A stretch of 64,000 nucleotides of DNA from an uncultured Acidobacteriota bacterium (GCA_963801895.1 CAWDGM010000005.1:231385-295384), one strand, 5' to 3'. Shown: positions 8,941 through 20,490, counted from the stretch's first letter. Notes: a model not told the origin generated them from the sequence alone. A program made the numbers and translations.

Positions 8941-9303
8941 ATGGCATCTCCATACCTTGTCGCGATCACCACTGGTCTCAAGCTCCTGCCGCACGCGCTC
9001 GACGCGCTCGGCAATGTCCTCGGCAGGGACAAGAACGACAAAGCCGCAAAGGCTGAGTTCGACAAGGCCCTCGACAACTTCAAAGCAAAGTTCGAGGGAA
9101 TCTTTGGAGAATTTCAGAAAGAATTCGAATCCCTGGAGAAACGCGTCGGCAGTCTGAAAGAAGAAATTGTTGCACTCGAAAATAGGCGCGCCCAGCAGGA
9201 AAGAAAAATCGTCGTACTCCAGCGCGTCGTTATCGCATTATCGGTGGTAACCGCAGGATGCCTGGTCGGCGTCGTTCTCCTACTAACCCACGTCGTGCGC
9301 TAA
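8941..9303 (+). CDS. hypothetical coiled-coil protein with a C-terminal TM anchor
   Basis: 120 aa with a charged helical core and the C-terminal hydrophobic segment VVIALSVVTAGCLVGVVLLL. Confidence 0.5.
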   Translation: MASPYLVAITTGLKLLPHALDALGNVLGRDKNDKAAKAEFDKALDNFKAKFEGIFGEFQKEFESLEKRVGSLKEEIVALENRRAQQERKIVVLQRVVIALSVVTAGCLVGVVLLLTHVVR

Positions 9304-9353
9304 GTCGGAGAAGTCGGAGAACTAGGCCATTTTTGACTTTATACCTGGGTGTT

Positions 9354-9414
9354 CCCCACATCGGGTGCCCCATCCTCCTTTCGCGCCTTTTGCGAAAGAG
9401 GGTGGGGATTTCGA
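9354..9414. repeat. palindromic intergenic element, family F (..GGGTGCCCCATCC..GAGGGTGGGGATTTCGA)
   Basis: Nested hairpins ctttcgc/gcgaaag and ccatcctc/gagggtgg. It is related to the copy at 15540-15589 in the opposite orientation. Confidence 0.75.
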
Positions 9415-9550
9415 CTTCCATCTATCGAAGAGAAACCAGCGCCTGCCCGCTTTGACTTATACCCTTGAGCTCATCACCATTGGTTGCCCCGGGCACTTGT
9501 ACACCAGGAGATTTTGATTTCAGGCAGTCAGCAGCAGTGCCCCGCTCTAC

Positions 9551-10240
9551 CTAGCCCGTTATCACCCTCAGAATCTCGCGAACATGCAGAGCCGCGCAAT
9601 CTACGTGAGGAAAATCTGTGTTGCTTTCATTGAATAGCAGCGTCAGGTCCGTTCCAGCCAGTAGGATGGTATCGACCGCGTGGCGGCTCACCAGATGATA
9701 CGCAAGCGCCGTGAGCTTCTCATGCTTCTCTGCCGACGCGTCACCTGTCGACGCGAGGTCGACGTACGTCTTGTGAATCGTATCCACTTCGCCCGCTCCA
9801 GGTCGCACCACTTCCACTCCGCTCAAGGCCTCAAATAAATCGGACTCGATCACGAATCGCGTGCCAAAGATGGCCACCCTTCGCGCTTTACGCGCCTGCA
9901 GTTCCCGGATCAGCGGATCGATAAGCGACACGATCGGCAAGGCAGAAGTCGCGGCGAGTTCCTTCGAACAGAAGAGAGGAGTGATCGCCGGGATCGCTGC
10001 CATCTCGGCGCCGGCAGCCTTCATACGCCGGATGTAGCCGTTCAAATACTCGGCCAGACCGACCCGGTTCTTGGCCTCGACATACTCAAACACACGCGGT
10101 GTCTGGGCGTGAATGATCACAATGTCGAGGGCGAAGCCGAGCCTCTCGCATCCCCGTGAGAGGTTCTCGTAGTAGTAGATGGTGGCCCCGACACCAAGTC
10201 CGCCGATCAATCCCAAGCATCGAGATTTGTTCATCCACAA
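9551..10240 (-). CDS. aspartate/glutamate racemase family protein
   Basis: N-terminus LGLIGGLGVGATIYYY, with a size and pattern typical of Asp/Glu/hydantoin racemases. The true start may be ATG 10234. Confidence 0.8.
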   Translation of the reverse strand: MWMNKSRCLGLIGGLGVGATIYYYENLSRGCERLGFALDIVIIHAQTPRVFEYVEAKNRVGLAEYLNGYIRRMKAAGAEMAAIPAITPLFCSKELAATSALPIVSLIDPLIRELQARKARRVAIFGTRFVIESDLFEALSGVEVVRPGAGEVDTIHKTYVDLASTGDASAEKHEKLTALAYHLVSRHAVDTILLAGTDLTLLFNESNTDFPHVDCAALHVREILRVITG

Positions 10241-10290
10241 AGACTAAAGCATTCGACCTTTGCCAGCTGTTTCCTTGGCAAGCCTTTTTC

Positions 10291-10326
10291 AAAAAGAAAA
10301 AGCCCCGCTCTTGTGAGCGAGGCTTT
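10291..10326 (-). terminator. rho-independent terminator downstream of groEL
   Basis: On the minus strand: agcctcgctc-acaa-gagcggggct followed by tttttcttttt. Confidence 0.6.
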
Positions 10327-10369
10327 TGCTTTGCTGAAGCCTGACGCCGGAAGGCCGACGCCGGAGTTC

Positions 10370-12037
<1,668 letters not shown>

Positions 12038-12210
12038 TCAAATCTCCTTATGAAGTTCTTGAGCTGCAAGCTGAGAGTAATTCGCTTCCAGCCGCTAGCT
12101 CCTGACTGAATCTCTGTCATCCCGAGCATTGCGCAAGGCGCGATGCGAAGGACCTTACGATCCGCGAGAGAGGCCATGCCGTTTCCGGGCCTCAATCGTG
12201 GTGGACGCCC

Positions 12211-12546
12211 TTACCGCTTGGAGCCCGACAGTTCTTTCTTGGCCGGGGCTGCGGCGCCGGTGAGGATGCCGAGGACTTCTTCTTCCTTCATGATGATGAA
12301 GTCTTCGCCGTCGATCTTGATCTCGGTGCCGGAATACTTGCCGAACAGGACGCGGTCGCCTTCCTTTACAGCCAGAGGGAAGGTCTTGCCTTCATCGTTG
12401 GTGCGGCCTTTGCCGGTGGAAATGACTTCGCCCTCCTGGGGCTTGTCCTTGGCCGAGTCGGGGATAATTATGCCGCCGCGAGTGGTGGCAGCTTCTTCGA
12501 CGCGACGGACCAGGATACGGTCATGTAGCGGTGCGAATTTCGCCAT
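12211..12546 (-). CDS. groS: co-chaperonin GroES (with a ~16-aa C-terminal extension)
   Basis: 111 aa beginning [31 protein letters not shown]. The tail [16 protein letters not shown] extends past the usual end of GroES. Confidence 0.97.
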   Translation of the reverse strand: MAKFAPLHDRILVRRVEEAATTRGGIIIPDSAKDKPQEGEVISTGKGRTNDEGKTFPLAVKEGDRVLFGKYSGTEIKIDGEDFIIMKEEEVLGILTGAAAPAKKELSGSKR

Positions 12547-12632
12547 TGGTGTGATTCTCCTTTCAGAATTAGAGAGGTCGACTTCTAGTTAATCTGTGTA
12601 AACCTATGATTTGGATGGGGTAAGCGCTGCTG

Positions 12633-12659
12633 TTAGCAGTTGCGCCTATCGAGTGCTAA
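12633..12659 (-). promoter_or_regulatory. CIRCE operator (HrcA binding site) upstream of groES
   Basis: The minus strand reads TTAGCACTC-GATAGGCGC-AACTGCTAA. The consensus is TTAGCACTC-N9-GAGTGCTAA. Confidence 0.85.
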
Positions 12660-12689
12660 TTGTAGCAGAGATGACTGGGGTGTTGTCAA
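12659..12689 (-). promoter_or_regulatory. candidate sigma-A type groES promoter abutting CIRCE
   Basis: On the minus strand: TTGACA, 19-nt spacer, TGCTACAAT. The spacer is long, so confidence is modest. Confidence 0.4.
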
Positions 12690-12751
12690 GGAGCTGGCAT
12701 TCCGATCAGGGCAAGCGAAATTTCTTCTGCCTGCGGGCGTCAGAGTGCATA

Positions 12752-12777
12752 GATCCTTCGCTTCGCGAAGGACGACC
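12752..12777 (+). repeat. short intergenic repeat, family C (..TCCTTCGCTTCGC..GGA(T/C)GAC..)
   Basis: gatccttcgcttcgcgaaggacgacc. Confidence 0.7.
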
Positions 12778-12853
12778 AGGCTACTGGGCTTCCGACAAAT
12801 GCAAGGACACGTCCTGCGCCCGTTCTTACATTGCTGTATTGACGAGGTGAACG

Positions 12854-14764
12854 ATGCGACGAGTTCTGGTGTCCGCCATCAGTGCGATGTTGCTGGTCTT
12901 TGGGTTGTCCGGTTGCGCGAGCGACGGTGAAGTGAAGGTCTTGGCTTCCGGACCTTCCTCCCCCTCCGCCCCGCCGAAAACGATGCGGGCTTTTCACTCG
13001 GAGAATGAGCTTGCGGCATACCTGCGCGAGCTAGCGCAGAAACAGCAGAGAGTGATGGGAGCCTTTCTGCCCCCCAGCAATGCTCCGATGCCAGCGAAGT
13101 CCGAGGCCCTTTCGCTCACCGCGGATGCTCAGGAAGAGTCCATCACCAACGTGCAGCATGCGGGCGTGGATGAGGGCGGCATTGTGAAGGCACATGGCAA
13201 TTACCTCGTGGTGCTGCGTCGTGGACGCCTGTTCACGGTATCGATTGCTGACCATGACCTGAAGCCGATTTCGAGTTGCGACGCGTTCGGGCCAGAGATC
13301 GATCCGCGATCGACGTGGTACGACGAGATGTTGATCTCGAAAGACACCATCGTGGTGATCGGGTACAGCTACGAACGCGGCGGCACAGAGGCTGGCTTGT
13401 TTCATATCGGCGAGGATGGAACGCTGACTTACCGATCGACCTACCAACTTCGCTCGAATGACTACTACTCGTCGCGAAATTATGCGAGCCGGCTGATCGG
13501 GAACAAGCTGATCTTCTACTCTCCGCTATATATGAATCTCAGTGTCCAGTATCCGTTTCAGGGGTTCCCTGCCGTGCGCAAGTGGCATAAGGGCGCCACA
13601 CCCGGCGAGTTCCGGCGGATCGTGGCAGCAACGCAGGTATACAAGCCGGCGTTTCCAATCGGCGCGGACGACGACCCGACTCTGCACACGGTGACAACCT
13701 GCGATCTGGCCGGCGGCGAGTTCGATTGCAAAGCGACCTCCGTGATCGGCCCGGCGGGTCGGGTGTTCTACGTGTCACCCAAAGCGGTCTACATCTGGGT
13801 TACGAGGTGGGCGTACGAGTCAAAACCGCGAACGCGATCGATGCTATATCGAATGCCGCTCGATGGCTCCGCCCCCAGCGCGCTGAAGGTATCGGGAAGT
13901 CCCGTTGATCAGTTCTCGTTCCTCGAAAGTGAAGACGGCTATCTGAACGTGGTGGTGCGGTCCGAGGGTACGGGAGACGGGATGTGGCACGCCGAAAATG
14001 CCGCGGGAAGCGTTGCGCTGATGCGCATGACCATTGACAGCTTCTCGGATGGCAGCGCTGAGGTGCCTGCTTCCGGCTATCGCAGGCTACCGAGGCCGAA
14101 GGGGTACACGTTTCAGAATCGATTCGTCGGCGATTATCTGCTTTACGGAACTGGCGAGGGCTGGTGGGCAGCTCAAAAGTCCGAGCGGTCGTCACTCTAC
14201 GTAGTGCGCTGGGCGAGAGGAGACGTACACGAGATAGCGATGGATCATGGCACGGACCGGATCGAAGCGATGGGCTCCGATGCAGTGGTGATCGGCAGCG
14301 ACGGCAAAGATCTGCACTTCACGTCGGTGAGTCTGGGGGATGTGCCGCAGCCCGCCGATGACTATGTGGAGAAGGGTGCGTCGCAAGGAGAACTTCGCAG
14401 CCACGGATTTTTCTACAAAGCCGAGGCGGAAGATTCGGGGATGCTGGGATTGCCGGTCAGCGTTCCAGTGCGTCCCGGTTACCGTCACCTTTTCGAGACG
14501 TCGGCGGCGATCGTGTTTTTGAAGAACGATGGATTGCAATTCCGCGAGCTGGGACAGTTGGGAGCACAGCCGGAGAATGCGAAGGACGACGGATGCCGGG
14601 CGTCGTGCGTGGATTGGTACGGCAATTCACAGCCGTTGTTCGTACGCGGGAGAATCATCGCGTTGTTGGGATACGAGATGGTCGAAGGGGCGGTTGAACG
14701 CGGCCAGATTCGGGAGATGCGGAGGGTGAATTACGCGTCGGGGTTGGTTGTGTCGCAGAGGTAA
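12854..14764 (+). CDS. secreted lipoprotein, beta-propeller domain family
   Basis: 636 aa with the lipobox LVFGLSGC. The segment NVQHAGVDEGGIVKAHGNYLVVLRRGRLFTV is typical of the bacterial beta-propeller domain family. Confidence 0.7.
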   Translation: MRRVLVSAISAMLLVFGLSGCASDGEVKVLASGPSSPSAPPKTMRAFHSENELAAYLRELAQKQQRVMGAFLPPSNAPMPAKSEALSLTADAQEESITNVQHAGVDEGGIVKAHGNYLVVLRRGRLFTVSIADHDLKPISSCDAFGPEIDPRSTWYDEMLISKDTIVVIGYSYERGGTEAGLFHIGEDGTLTYRSTYQLRSNDYYSSRNYASRLIGNKLIFYSPLYMNLSVQYPFQGFPAVRKWHKGATPGEFRRIVAATQVYKPAFPIGADDDPTLHTVTTCDLAGGEFDCKATSVIGPAGRVFYVSPKAVYIWVTRWAYESKPRTRSMLYRMPLDGSAPSALKVSGSPVDQFSFLESEDGYLNVVVRSEGTGDGMWHAENAAGSVALMRMTIDSFSDGSAEVPASGYRRLPRPKGYTFQNRFVGDYLLYGTGEGWWAAQKSERSSLYVVRWARGDVHEIAMDHGTDRIEAMGSDAVVIGSDGKDLHFTSVSLGDVPQPADDYVEKGASQGELRSHGFFYKAEAEDSGMLGLPVSVPVRPGYRHLFETSAAIVFLKNDGLQFRELGQLGAQPENAKDDGCRASCVDWYGNSQPLFVRGRIIALLGYEMVEGAVERGQIREMRRVNYASGLVVSQR

Positions 14765-14774
14765 CGTTCGGTTG

Positions 14775-14998
14775 GTTCAGGCGTGCCTACGGCACGCGGT
14801 CTGTTGCGGGCGCTGAAGCGCCGGGCTATTTTCTGGTGCCCCTCCGGGGCATTCAGCGTGCTGCGTCACATGCGCCTTCCGGCGCGATCGATCTTCCTTT
14901 CCAAGCCTTATCAGTTCAGTAAGTTCTCGGCTGCCCGCTTGCCTCTCATCTTCGAGTGTGGGATTGCATAGGTCCTTCGCTTCGCTCAGGATGACAAA
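14775..14998 (+). repeat. composite intergenic element (family D multi-hairpin module plus family C module)
   Basis: D part 14775-14855 (gttcaggcgtgcctacggcacgc..gcgctgaagcgccgggctattttc..). C part 14955-14998 (ggtccttcgcttcgctcaggatgacaaa). A similar composite lies at 22033-22257. Confidence 0.75.
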
Positions 14999-15156
14999 GC
15001 AAAGACATGACGACATGACAAGGCCACACGACAAGTTTGCTGGGCTCACCCGGTATGAAAATCACACCACGAAGGTGGCGGAATCTCTCTTCTTACTTGT
15101 CGGTGACTCGATGGATCGCTGAGAGTACAGATTCAGACAGCAGTCCAAGGGGGACG

Positions 15157-15492
15157 ATGCAAGCCATCACATGTTTGCGGTGCCGGCGGGAGATCGACGC
15201 TGGGGACAAGTCGGTTGCGGTTTACATGTTTGCGCAGACGGTGGGCGTCAGGCCGCGACAGAAGTCGTCGGCGAATCGAATCAGCTTTTGTCCGCAGTGC
15301 GCCGTGTCGCTCGCCATGGGATTGCCGCCTGAGGGAGCACTCAATATGGCGGCATGGGAGATGATCCGAGATCTGGTAAGCGCCGAGCCTTCGCTCAATG
15401 ATGCGGCCTGGGAAAGTTTGCGCGGTGTGGTTGGATTGCTGGCTTCGGGGAAAGACGAGGAGTCGTCTTCGCGATTCCGGCGGGCGGTGTGA
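15157..15492 (+). CDS. hypothetical protein with a zinc-ribbon-like CxxC..CxxC
   Basis: Start chosen at ATG 15157, which follows AAGGGGGA. The motifs are CLRCRRE and CPQCAV. The upstream part of ORF 15037.. overlaps repeat sequence. Confidence 0.4.
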   Translation: MQAITCLRCRREIDAGDKSVAVYMFAQTVGVRPRQKSSANRISFCPQCAVSLAMGLPPEGALNMAAWEMIRDLVSAEPSLNDAAWESLRGVVGLLASGKDEESSSRFRRAV

Positions 15493-15539
15493 GTATCGCC
15501 AGCGGATTGAAATCCCCAATTGAATTTTCCATCTCGTCA

Positions 15540-15589
15540 AAATCCCCACTCTAACGTCGCAAACTGCGCGACGTTAGAATGGGGCACCC
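15540..15589. repeat. palindromic intergenic element, family F
   Basis: aaatccccactctaacgtcgc-aaact-gcgcgacgttagaatggggcaccc forms a long hairpin. Confidence 0.75.
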
Positions 15590-15640
15590 TACTGAAAAAC
15601 TGGCACTCTTCGCAGTCGATATCCTTCCAATTATCTCTGA

Positions 15641-16090
15641 CTATGGTTTGGCTTCCGCGTCCGGCTTCTTGGTAAAACTGCGAACGTAGTTCACAAGATC
15701 CCAGGCTTCGTCGGTTTTGACGCGCGGGCCCTCCGCCGGCATGTCGTTGTGTCCATTCTTTATTATGTAAAAGAGCTCTCCGTCAGTGCGGTCTTTGAGT
15801 GTTGAGGCGTCCGTAAAGTCTTTGACCGCCAGCTTCATTTCCTTTGCGGTATCGCCCTTGCCGTTGCCGTTTTTTCCGTGACACATCTCACAATCCATGA
15901 CCCACCATTTCTTGGCGCGTGCCATGGACTCAGGAGTGGACTTCACCGGATTCGACTGTCTGGCAGCCTCTACGGGTATGGCAGCGTAGTCCGAAGGCTT
16001 GGACGGGGCGGAACTGGGTGCCTGTTGTTGAGAAAATGACGGCACGCTGAACAGAAGGAGTGTGGGAAGGAGCAGAACAAGACGCGTCAT
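15641..16090 (-). CDS. secreted monohaem c-type cytochrome
   Basis: 149 aa with a signal peptide, a single CEMCH haem motif, and a downstream DMPA-type Met region. Confidence 0.85.
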   Translation of the reverse strand: MTRLVLLLPTLLLFSVPSFSQQQAPSSAPSKPSDYAAIPVEAARQSNPVKSTPESMARAKKWWVMDCEMCHGKNGNGKGDTAKEMKLAVKDFTDASTLKDRTDGELFYIIKNGHNDMPAEGPRVKTDEAWDLVNYVRSFTKKPDAEAKP

Positions 16091-16191
16091 GGAAACCTCC
16101 TCCGATTGCGGAGTCGCTTACAGACGATTGTAGGTATGGGGTGTAAATGAACGATGTGATTGAAATCACATTGGGCTGTTTGGCCTTGGGT

Positions 16192-17412
16192 TCAGGCTTT
16201 AAGTACGGAGGTTGCAGCCTGTAGCGCGGCGTCGATGGTCGCAGGGTCGGGAAGACCGCCTTGCGCCAAGTCTTTACTTCCACCGCCGCGGCCGCCGAAC
16301 TTGCTCAGCGTTTGCTTCATGAGCGATCCCATGTCGAAAGGTTGGCCCGAAGACTGCGCGAAGACGACCGAGGGCTGAGGCGAGGTGGTGCCGAGCAATG
16401 CGACGACCGCTGGGGACATTCGCGTCAACTTCTGGGCGAGAAGCTTCAGAGTATTCATGTCGCGATCGGAGTAACTCCGCGTGAGGATGCGACGTCCATT
16501 TTCGTCGGGGATTTGCGCGAGGAGAGTCGCCGCTTGCGCTTCGGCTAACTCTTCCTGAGATTGTTCATTTTGCTTGCGGAGGGTGCGTATTTCATCGAGC
16601 GACTTGCGAGCCTGTTGCGGCACATCGTAGATGTGCGAGGAGAATAGTCCGGCGGTCTCGGTCAGCGCGGTGTAGTCGCGGCGAGCGGTGGCAACGGCGC
16701 GCTGCCCGGCGACGAACTCGATGCGCCATCCCTGGCGAACTTTCTCGGCTTTACGCAGGAGAATGCAACCGATTTGTCCGGTCTGGTTGACGTGCGTACC
16801 TCCACAGGCGCTGAGGTCAAACTCCTTGATATCGACAATGCGGAGCGAATCCCGTTCGGCCGGAGGAATTTTGCGCAGGCCTAGGTTCCCTGCTTCCTCT
16901 CGCGTGACGAAGCGGACGTCGACGGGACGATTTTCCAGGATGATTTCATTGGCGAGTCGTTCGGCGGATTCGATTTGCTCCTTCGTCAGCGTGGGCGTAT
17001 CGAGGTCGATCGAGCAGTAGTCGTCCGCCATATGGAACGACACGGTGTGGAGGTCGAAGAGGTTGACGAATGCAGCCGAGAGAACATGCTGTCCGGAGTG
17101 CTGCTGCATGTGGTCGCGGCGGCGTGTGGGATCGATTTGTCCGCGAACGCGTGTGCCAGGTTTTACGTCTTTGAGCGGCGCCTCGAGATAGTGGACGATG
17201 CGGCCATCTTCGGTGTCGGCAACTTCGGTGACCCGCGTTTGCTGGGTCGGGTCCGTGGAGATTAATCCTGTGTCGAAGATCTGACCGCCGCTCGTGGGAT
17301 AGAAGGCAGTCCGATCCAAGACAACTCCGGGGCGCGGGGAGTCGGTGAGTTCGCGGACTTCGGCGTCGAAGTCGTAGAGGAAAGAGTCGCGATAGTAGAG
17401 GCGGTCTGTCAC
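16192..17412 (-). CDS. alanyl-tRNA editing protein (AlaX-L type; tRNA synthetase second additional domain plus DHHA1-like)
   Basis: 406 aa with HMQQHSGQHVLS and CGGTHV zinc motifs, plus a C-terminal GGRGGGSKDLAQGG. Confidence 0.85.
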   Translation of the reverse strand: MTDRLYYRDSFLYDFDAEVRELTDSPRPGVVLDRTAFYPTSGGQIFDTGLISTDPTQQTRVTEVADTEDGRIVHYLEAPLKDVKPGTRVRGQIDPTRRRDHMQQHSGQHVLSAAFVNLFDLHTVSFHMADDYCSIDLDTPTLTKEQIESAERLANEIILENRPVDVRFVTREEAGNLGLRKIPPAERDSLRIVDIKEFDLSACGGTHVNQTGQIGCILLRKAEKVRQGWRIEFVAGQRAVATARRDYTALTETAGLFSSHIYDVPQQARKSLDEIRTLRKQNEQSQEELAEAQAATLLAQIPDENGRRILTRSYSDRDMNTLKLLAQKLTRMSPAVVALLGTTSPQPSVVFAQSSGQPFDMGSLMKQTLSKFGGRGGGSKDLAQGGLPDPATIDAALQAATSVLKA

Positions 17413-17518
17413 TTGGACTTATTTTAACCCGCACGTTCTGAGCTTCGACAGAGCGGACAGTTGGAGCATTGATGAATTGCAGAGATTCCTAATCGGATGG
17501 GATCAGCATCTGGGATGT

Positions 17519-17596
17519 TCCTCTTTACTGCTGCGGAACTGCCTAGTGTCGTACGGTCCTTCACGCCGGCTTCGCCTGCACTCACGATGACATGCC
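17519..17596 (+). repeat. intergenic repeat, family C long form, copy 1 of a tandem pair
   Basis: cctctttactgctgcgg..tcgtacggtccttcacgccggcttcgcctgcactcacgatgacatgcc. Confidence 0.85.
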
Positions 17597-17671
17597 TTAC
17601 CAATATTTTCGTCGGTTGACAGTCGTTCGATCTGTGGGAGTTACGGATTCACCTTCTGCACAGGGCACGTC

Positions 17672-17748
17672 CCTCTCTACTGTTGTGGCGCTGTCCAACC
17701 TCGTACGGTCCTTCACGTCGGCTTCGCCTGCGCTCAGGATGACATGCC
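17672..17748 (+). repeat. intergenic repeat, family C long form, copy 2 of a tandem pair
   Basis: ccctctctactgttgtggcg..tcgtacggtccttcacgtcggcttcgcctgcgctcaggatgacatgcc. Confidence 0.85.
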
Positions 17749-17763
17749 TTTGAAATTTTCGGT

Positions 17764-19014
17764 TTAGTACGGACCTATGATTCCGGCGATTTGGCGGGTG
17801 GCGGGCTTCACAGCCTTCGCGCGCGAGGGCGAGCGCGCCACACTTGAATCCAATACATCAAGGTATTTCAGGCCCGTGCCGGTGTTGAAGAGGACGACCG
17901 TATCCTGCGGCTGGAAGAATCCGTTGGCTAGCAATTTGCGATACGCGACTAGACAGGCCGCACCTTCTGGCGCGGCGAAAATGCCTTCGAGCTTCGCCCA
18001 GTGGCGAGTGGCTTCGAGGAGTTCATCGTCCGTTGCGCTGACGGCGGTGCCTTTGCTCTTCTTTAATATGTCGAGAATCAGATAGTCGCCATAGGGTTTG
18101 GGAACGCGCAGTCCTGAGGCTAGCGTCGAGGCATTGGGCCACATTTCTGCGGAGGTCTTCCCTTCATCCCAGGCTTTCACAATTGGCGCGCAGCCTGCAG
18201 ACTGCACGGCAATCATTTTCGGCCTTTCACGACCAATCCAGCCCAAGGCTTCCATTTCGTCGAACGCTTTCCACATGCCGAGCAGGCCGACGCCGCCGCC
18301 AGTGGGATAGATGATGCCGTGCGGCATTTGCCAGCCGAGTTGCTCGGCGACCTCGTATCCCATGGTCTTCTTGCCTTCGACGCGATACGGTTCTTTTGTG
18401 GTGGAGACGTCGAACCAGCCGTCCCGGGTCCACGAATCGGAATCCTTCATCTCGGCCACTTTACGGGCACAATCGCTGATGAGGCCGTCGACCAGATTGA
18501 CGTGCGCGCCGTAGTAGTCACATTCGACGCGGTTGGCGATAGGCACATCTTTCGGCATGAAGATGTGGGCTTCGAGGCCTGCGGCAGCCGCATAGGCGGC
18601 AAGGGCTCCGGCGGCGTTTCCGGCCGATGGAATCGCTAGTTTCTTCAGTCCAAAGTGCCGCGCCATGGTGACAGCGGCGGAAAGACCTCGGGCTTTGAAC
18701 GATCCGGTGGGGTTTAAGCCCTCATCCTTGATATAGACATTCGAATACTCACGGCTTGGAATGAGGGGCGTGAAGCCTTCTCCCAGGGAGACTGGGTTGG
18801 CGGGCGGCAGGACGGCGTCGTACCGCCACATAGTCGGCCGACGAGCGGCCAGTCGGGCGGAAGAAAACGTTCTCTTGATGGTCGCCAGATCGTATCGTGC
18901 ATAGAGCACGCCGGCATCCTTGGGGCATACGGATTGTGGGCGATCCGCCGGATAATGCTCGCCGCAACGCGTACATTCGAGGTGGGTGATCATGTCGAAT
19001 TGCGAGTTTAACAT
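17764..19014 (-). CDS. thrC: threonine synthase
   Basis: 416 aa with an N-terminal zinc ribbon (CTRCGEHY), the PLP lysine motif GSFKARG and GNAAGA. Confidence 0.93.
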   Translation of the reverse strand: MLNSQFDMITHLECTRCGEHYPADRPQSVCPKDAGVLYARYDLATIKRTFSSARLAARRPTMWRYDAVLPPANPVSLGEGFTPLIPSREYSNVYIKDEGLNPTGSFKARGLSAAVTMARHFGLKKLAIPSAGNAAGALAAYAAAAGLEAHIFMPKDVPIANRVECDYYGAHVNLVDGLISDCARKVAEMKDSDSWTRDGWFDVSTTKEPYRVEGKKTMGYEVAEQLGWQMPHGIIYPTGGGVGLLGMWKAFDEMEALGWIGRERPKMIAVQSAGCAPIVKAWDEGKTSAEMWPNASTLASGLRVPKPYGDYLILDILKKSKGTAVSATDDELLEATRHWAKLEGIFAAPEGAACLVAYRKLLANGFFQPQDTVVLFNTGTGLKYLDVLDSSVARSPSRAKAVKPATRQIAGIIGPY

Positions 19015-19171
19015 CGCGCGGCAGGCTGGGTTTGCAGCCCACTGGCTGGGATCGAAAACTCACCGATTGGAAAAGAGAGCCGGGTGTGGCATCATTTACG
19101 GACAGTAGTATCCCGCCAAATCGTTAAGGACCTTGAGTCCCGAGAGCAACAAGTCGAAAAGGAGAAACTCA

Positions 19172-20425
19172 GTGAAAAGTAACCGTACCCGTATGTTTAT
19201 GGCATGTCTCTGCGCGCTTGTAATGAGCGGGGGAGCGGCTGCGAGCAGTCCGGGACAACAGGCGAGCGCTCAGACGGCGAATCCCTGGACGTTGCAGGCA
19301 ACGCTGTCGGCATCGGACCACCCGCCGGATTTCGGTTACGCGGTCGGAATCAGCGGGAACCTGATTGTTGCCACCGCCAATACATCGATCGATGTCTATG
19401 TTCGCCCTTCAACGGGATGGAGCAGCCTGTCGATTCCCGCCGCAAGATTGACTACGACGGACGGCGGCGCCCTGACTTCGGTAGCGATCAGCGGCACTAC
19501 GATTGTGGCCGGATCCACGCAGGTTGGTGGAACTGGAGCGGTTTATGTGTTCGTGCAGCCAACGGGCGGCTGGAAGAATATGACTCAAACCGCGAAGTTG
19601 ACGGCATCGGACGCCATGGCCGGAGACTTTGTCGGAATTTCGGTAGCGATTTCCGGCAACACGATTGCCGTAGGCGCACTCGAGAATAATTCCGTGGGCA
19701 TCATAGCTGGCGAGCAACCGAACGGAACGGGAGCGGTCTACGTGTTCTCAAAGCCCGCGAGCGGCTGGAAGAACATGACGGAGACGGCGAAGCTGACAGC
19801 GTCGGACGGCGTAAGGGGAGACGACTTTGGCTTCAGCCTCGCGATGCAGAGTGACACGATCGCGGTGGCGGCTCCGGATACCGTGGTGAACTCAGCCAAT
19901 CTTGCCGGGTCCATTTATGTCTTCCAGAAAAGCGGGACGCAGTGGGTCAGTGGAACGGAAACCGCGAAACTGACGGCATCGGATGCGCACAGTATCACCG
20001 TTCTTGGACTGGGCCTCGCTATGAATGGAAACACCATCGCCGCGGCAGCGTTCGACAAGGCGTACATCTTTACGAAGCCTGCGTCGGGATGGAAAAACGC
20101 CACGCAGAATGCCGAACTGGCGAGTACTTCGTACGTCACACTGGGACTTAATTCGGTCGTAATTACTCCGACGTTTGTAGCCGTAGGCTCGCCTTTGGAA
20201 AATGCGCCGTTTGCGGATCTTTACGTGAAACCCGCCTCCGGTTGGACGAACATGAGACCAACATACCGATTGAAACCTCCTACCAGCAATCAGAATGGGG
20301 CAGACGGATGGTCGCTGGCAGCGAACGCCACTACGTTGGTGGTCAGTTCCCCGTTGTTGGATGGAGTCGGGGGAAACGTCGTCTACATTTATGCATTGAA
20401 GACGGGAACGACGGCTCAACAGTAA
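19172..20425 (+). CDS. secreted repeat protein, probable seven-bladed beta-propeller (FG-GAP-like)
   Basis: Start moved to GTG 19172, which follows AAAGGAGA. There is a signal peptide. About 7 modules of ~55 aa carry ..GxGAVYVFxKPxSGWKNMTxTAKLTASD... Confidence 0.65.
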   Translation: MKSNRTRMFMACLCALVMSGGAAASSPGQQASAQTANPWTLQATLSASDHPPDFGYAVGISGNLIVATANTSIDVYVRPSTGWSSLSIPAARLTTTDGGALTSVAISGTTIVAGSTQVGGTGAVYVFVQPTGGWKNMTQTAKLTASDAMAGDFVGISVAISGNTIAVGALENNSVGIIAGEQPNGTGAVYVFSKPASGWKNMTETAKLTASDGVRGDDFGFSLAMQSDTIAVAAPDTVVNSANLAGSIYVFQKSGTQWVSGTETAKLTASDAHSITVLGLGLAMNGNTIAAAAFDKAYIFTKPASGWKNATQNAELASTSYVTLGLNSVVITPTFVAVGSPLENAPFADLYVKPASGWTNMRPTYRLKPPTSNQNGADGWSLAANATTLVVSSPLLDGVGGNVVYIYALKTGTTAQQ

Positions 20426-20452
20426 TCAGCTATTGTTCATCGAACAGCCGTT

Positions 20453-20490
20453 CGCCGCATGAGATTGCGGCGGGCGGCTTTCGTGTTTTT
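20453..20490 (+). terminator. candidate rho-independent terminator
   Basis: Stem cgccgca/tgcggcg followed by a T-rich tract (tttcgtgttttt). Confidence 0.45.

Noticed and set aside
12547-12632. A second CIRCE or other heat-shock element between groES and the CIRCE site.
   Set aside because: Only one inverted repeat matching TTAGCACTC-N9-GAGTGCTAA was found. The rest of the leader shows no comparable palindrome.
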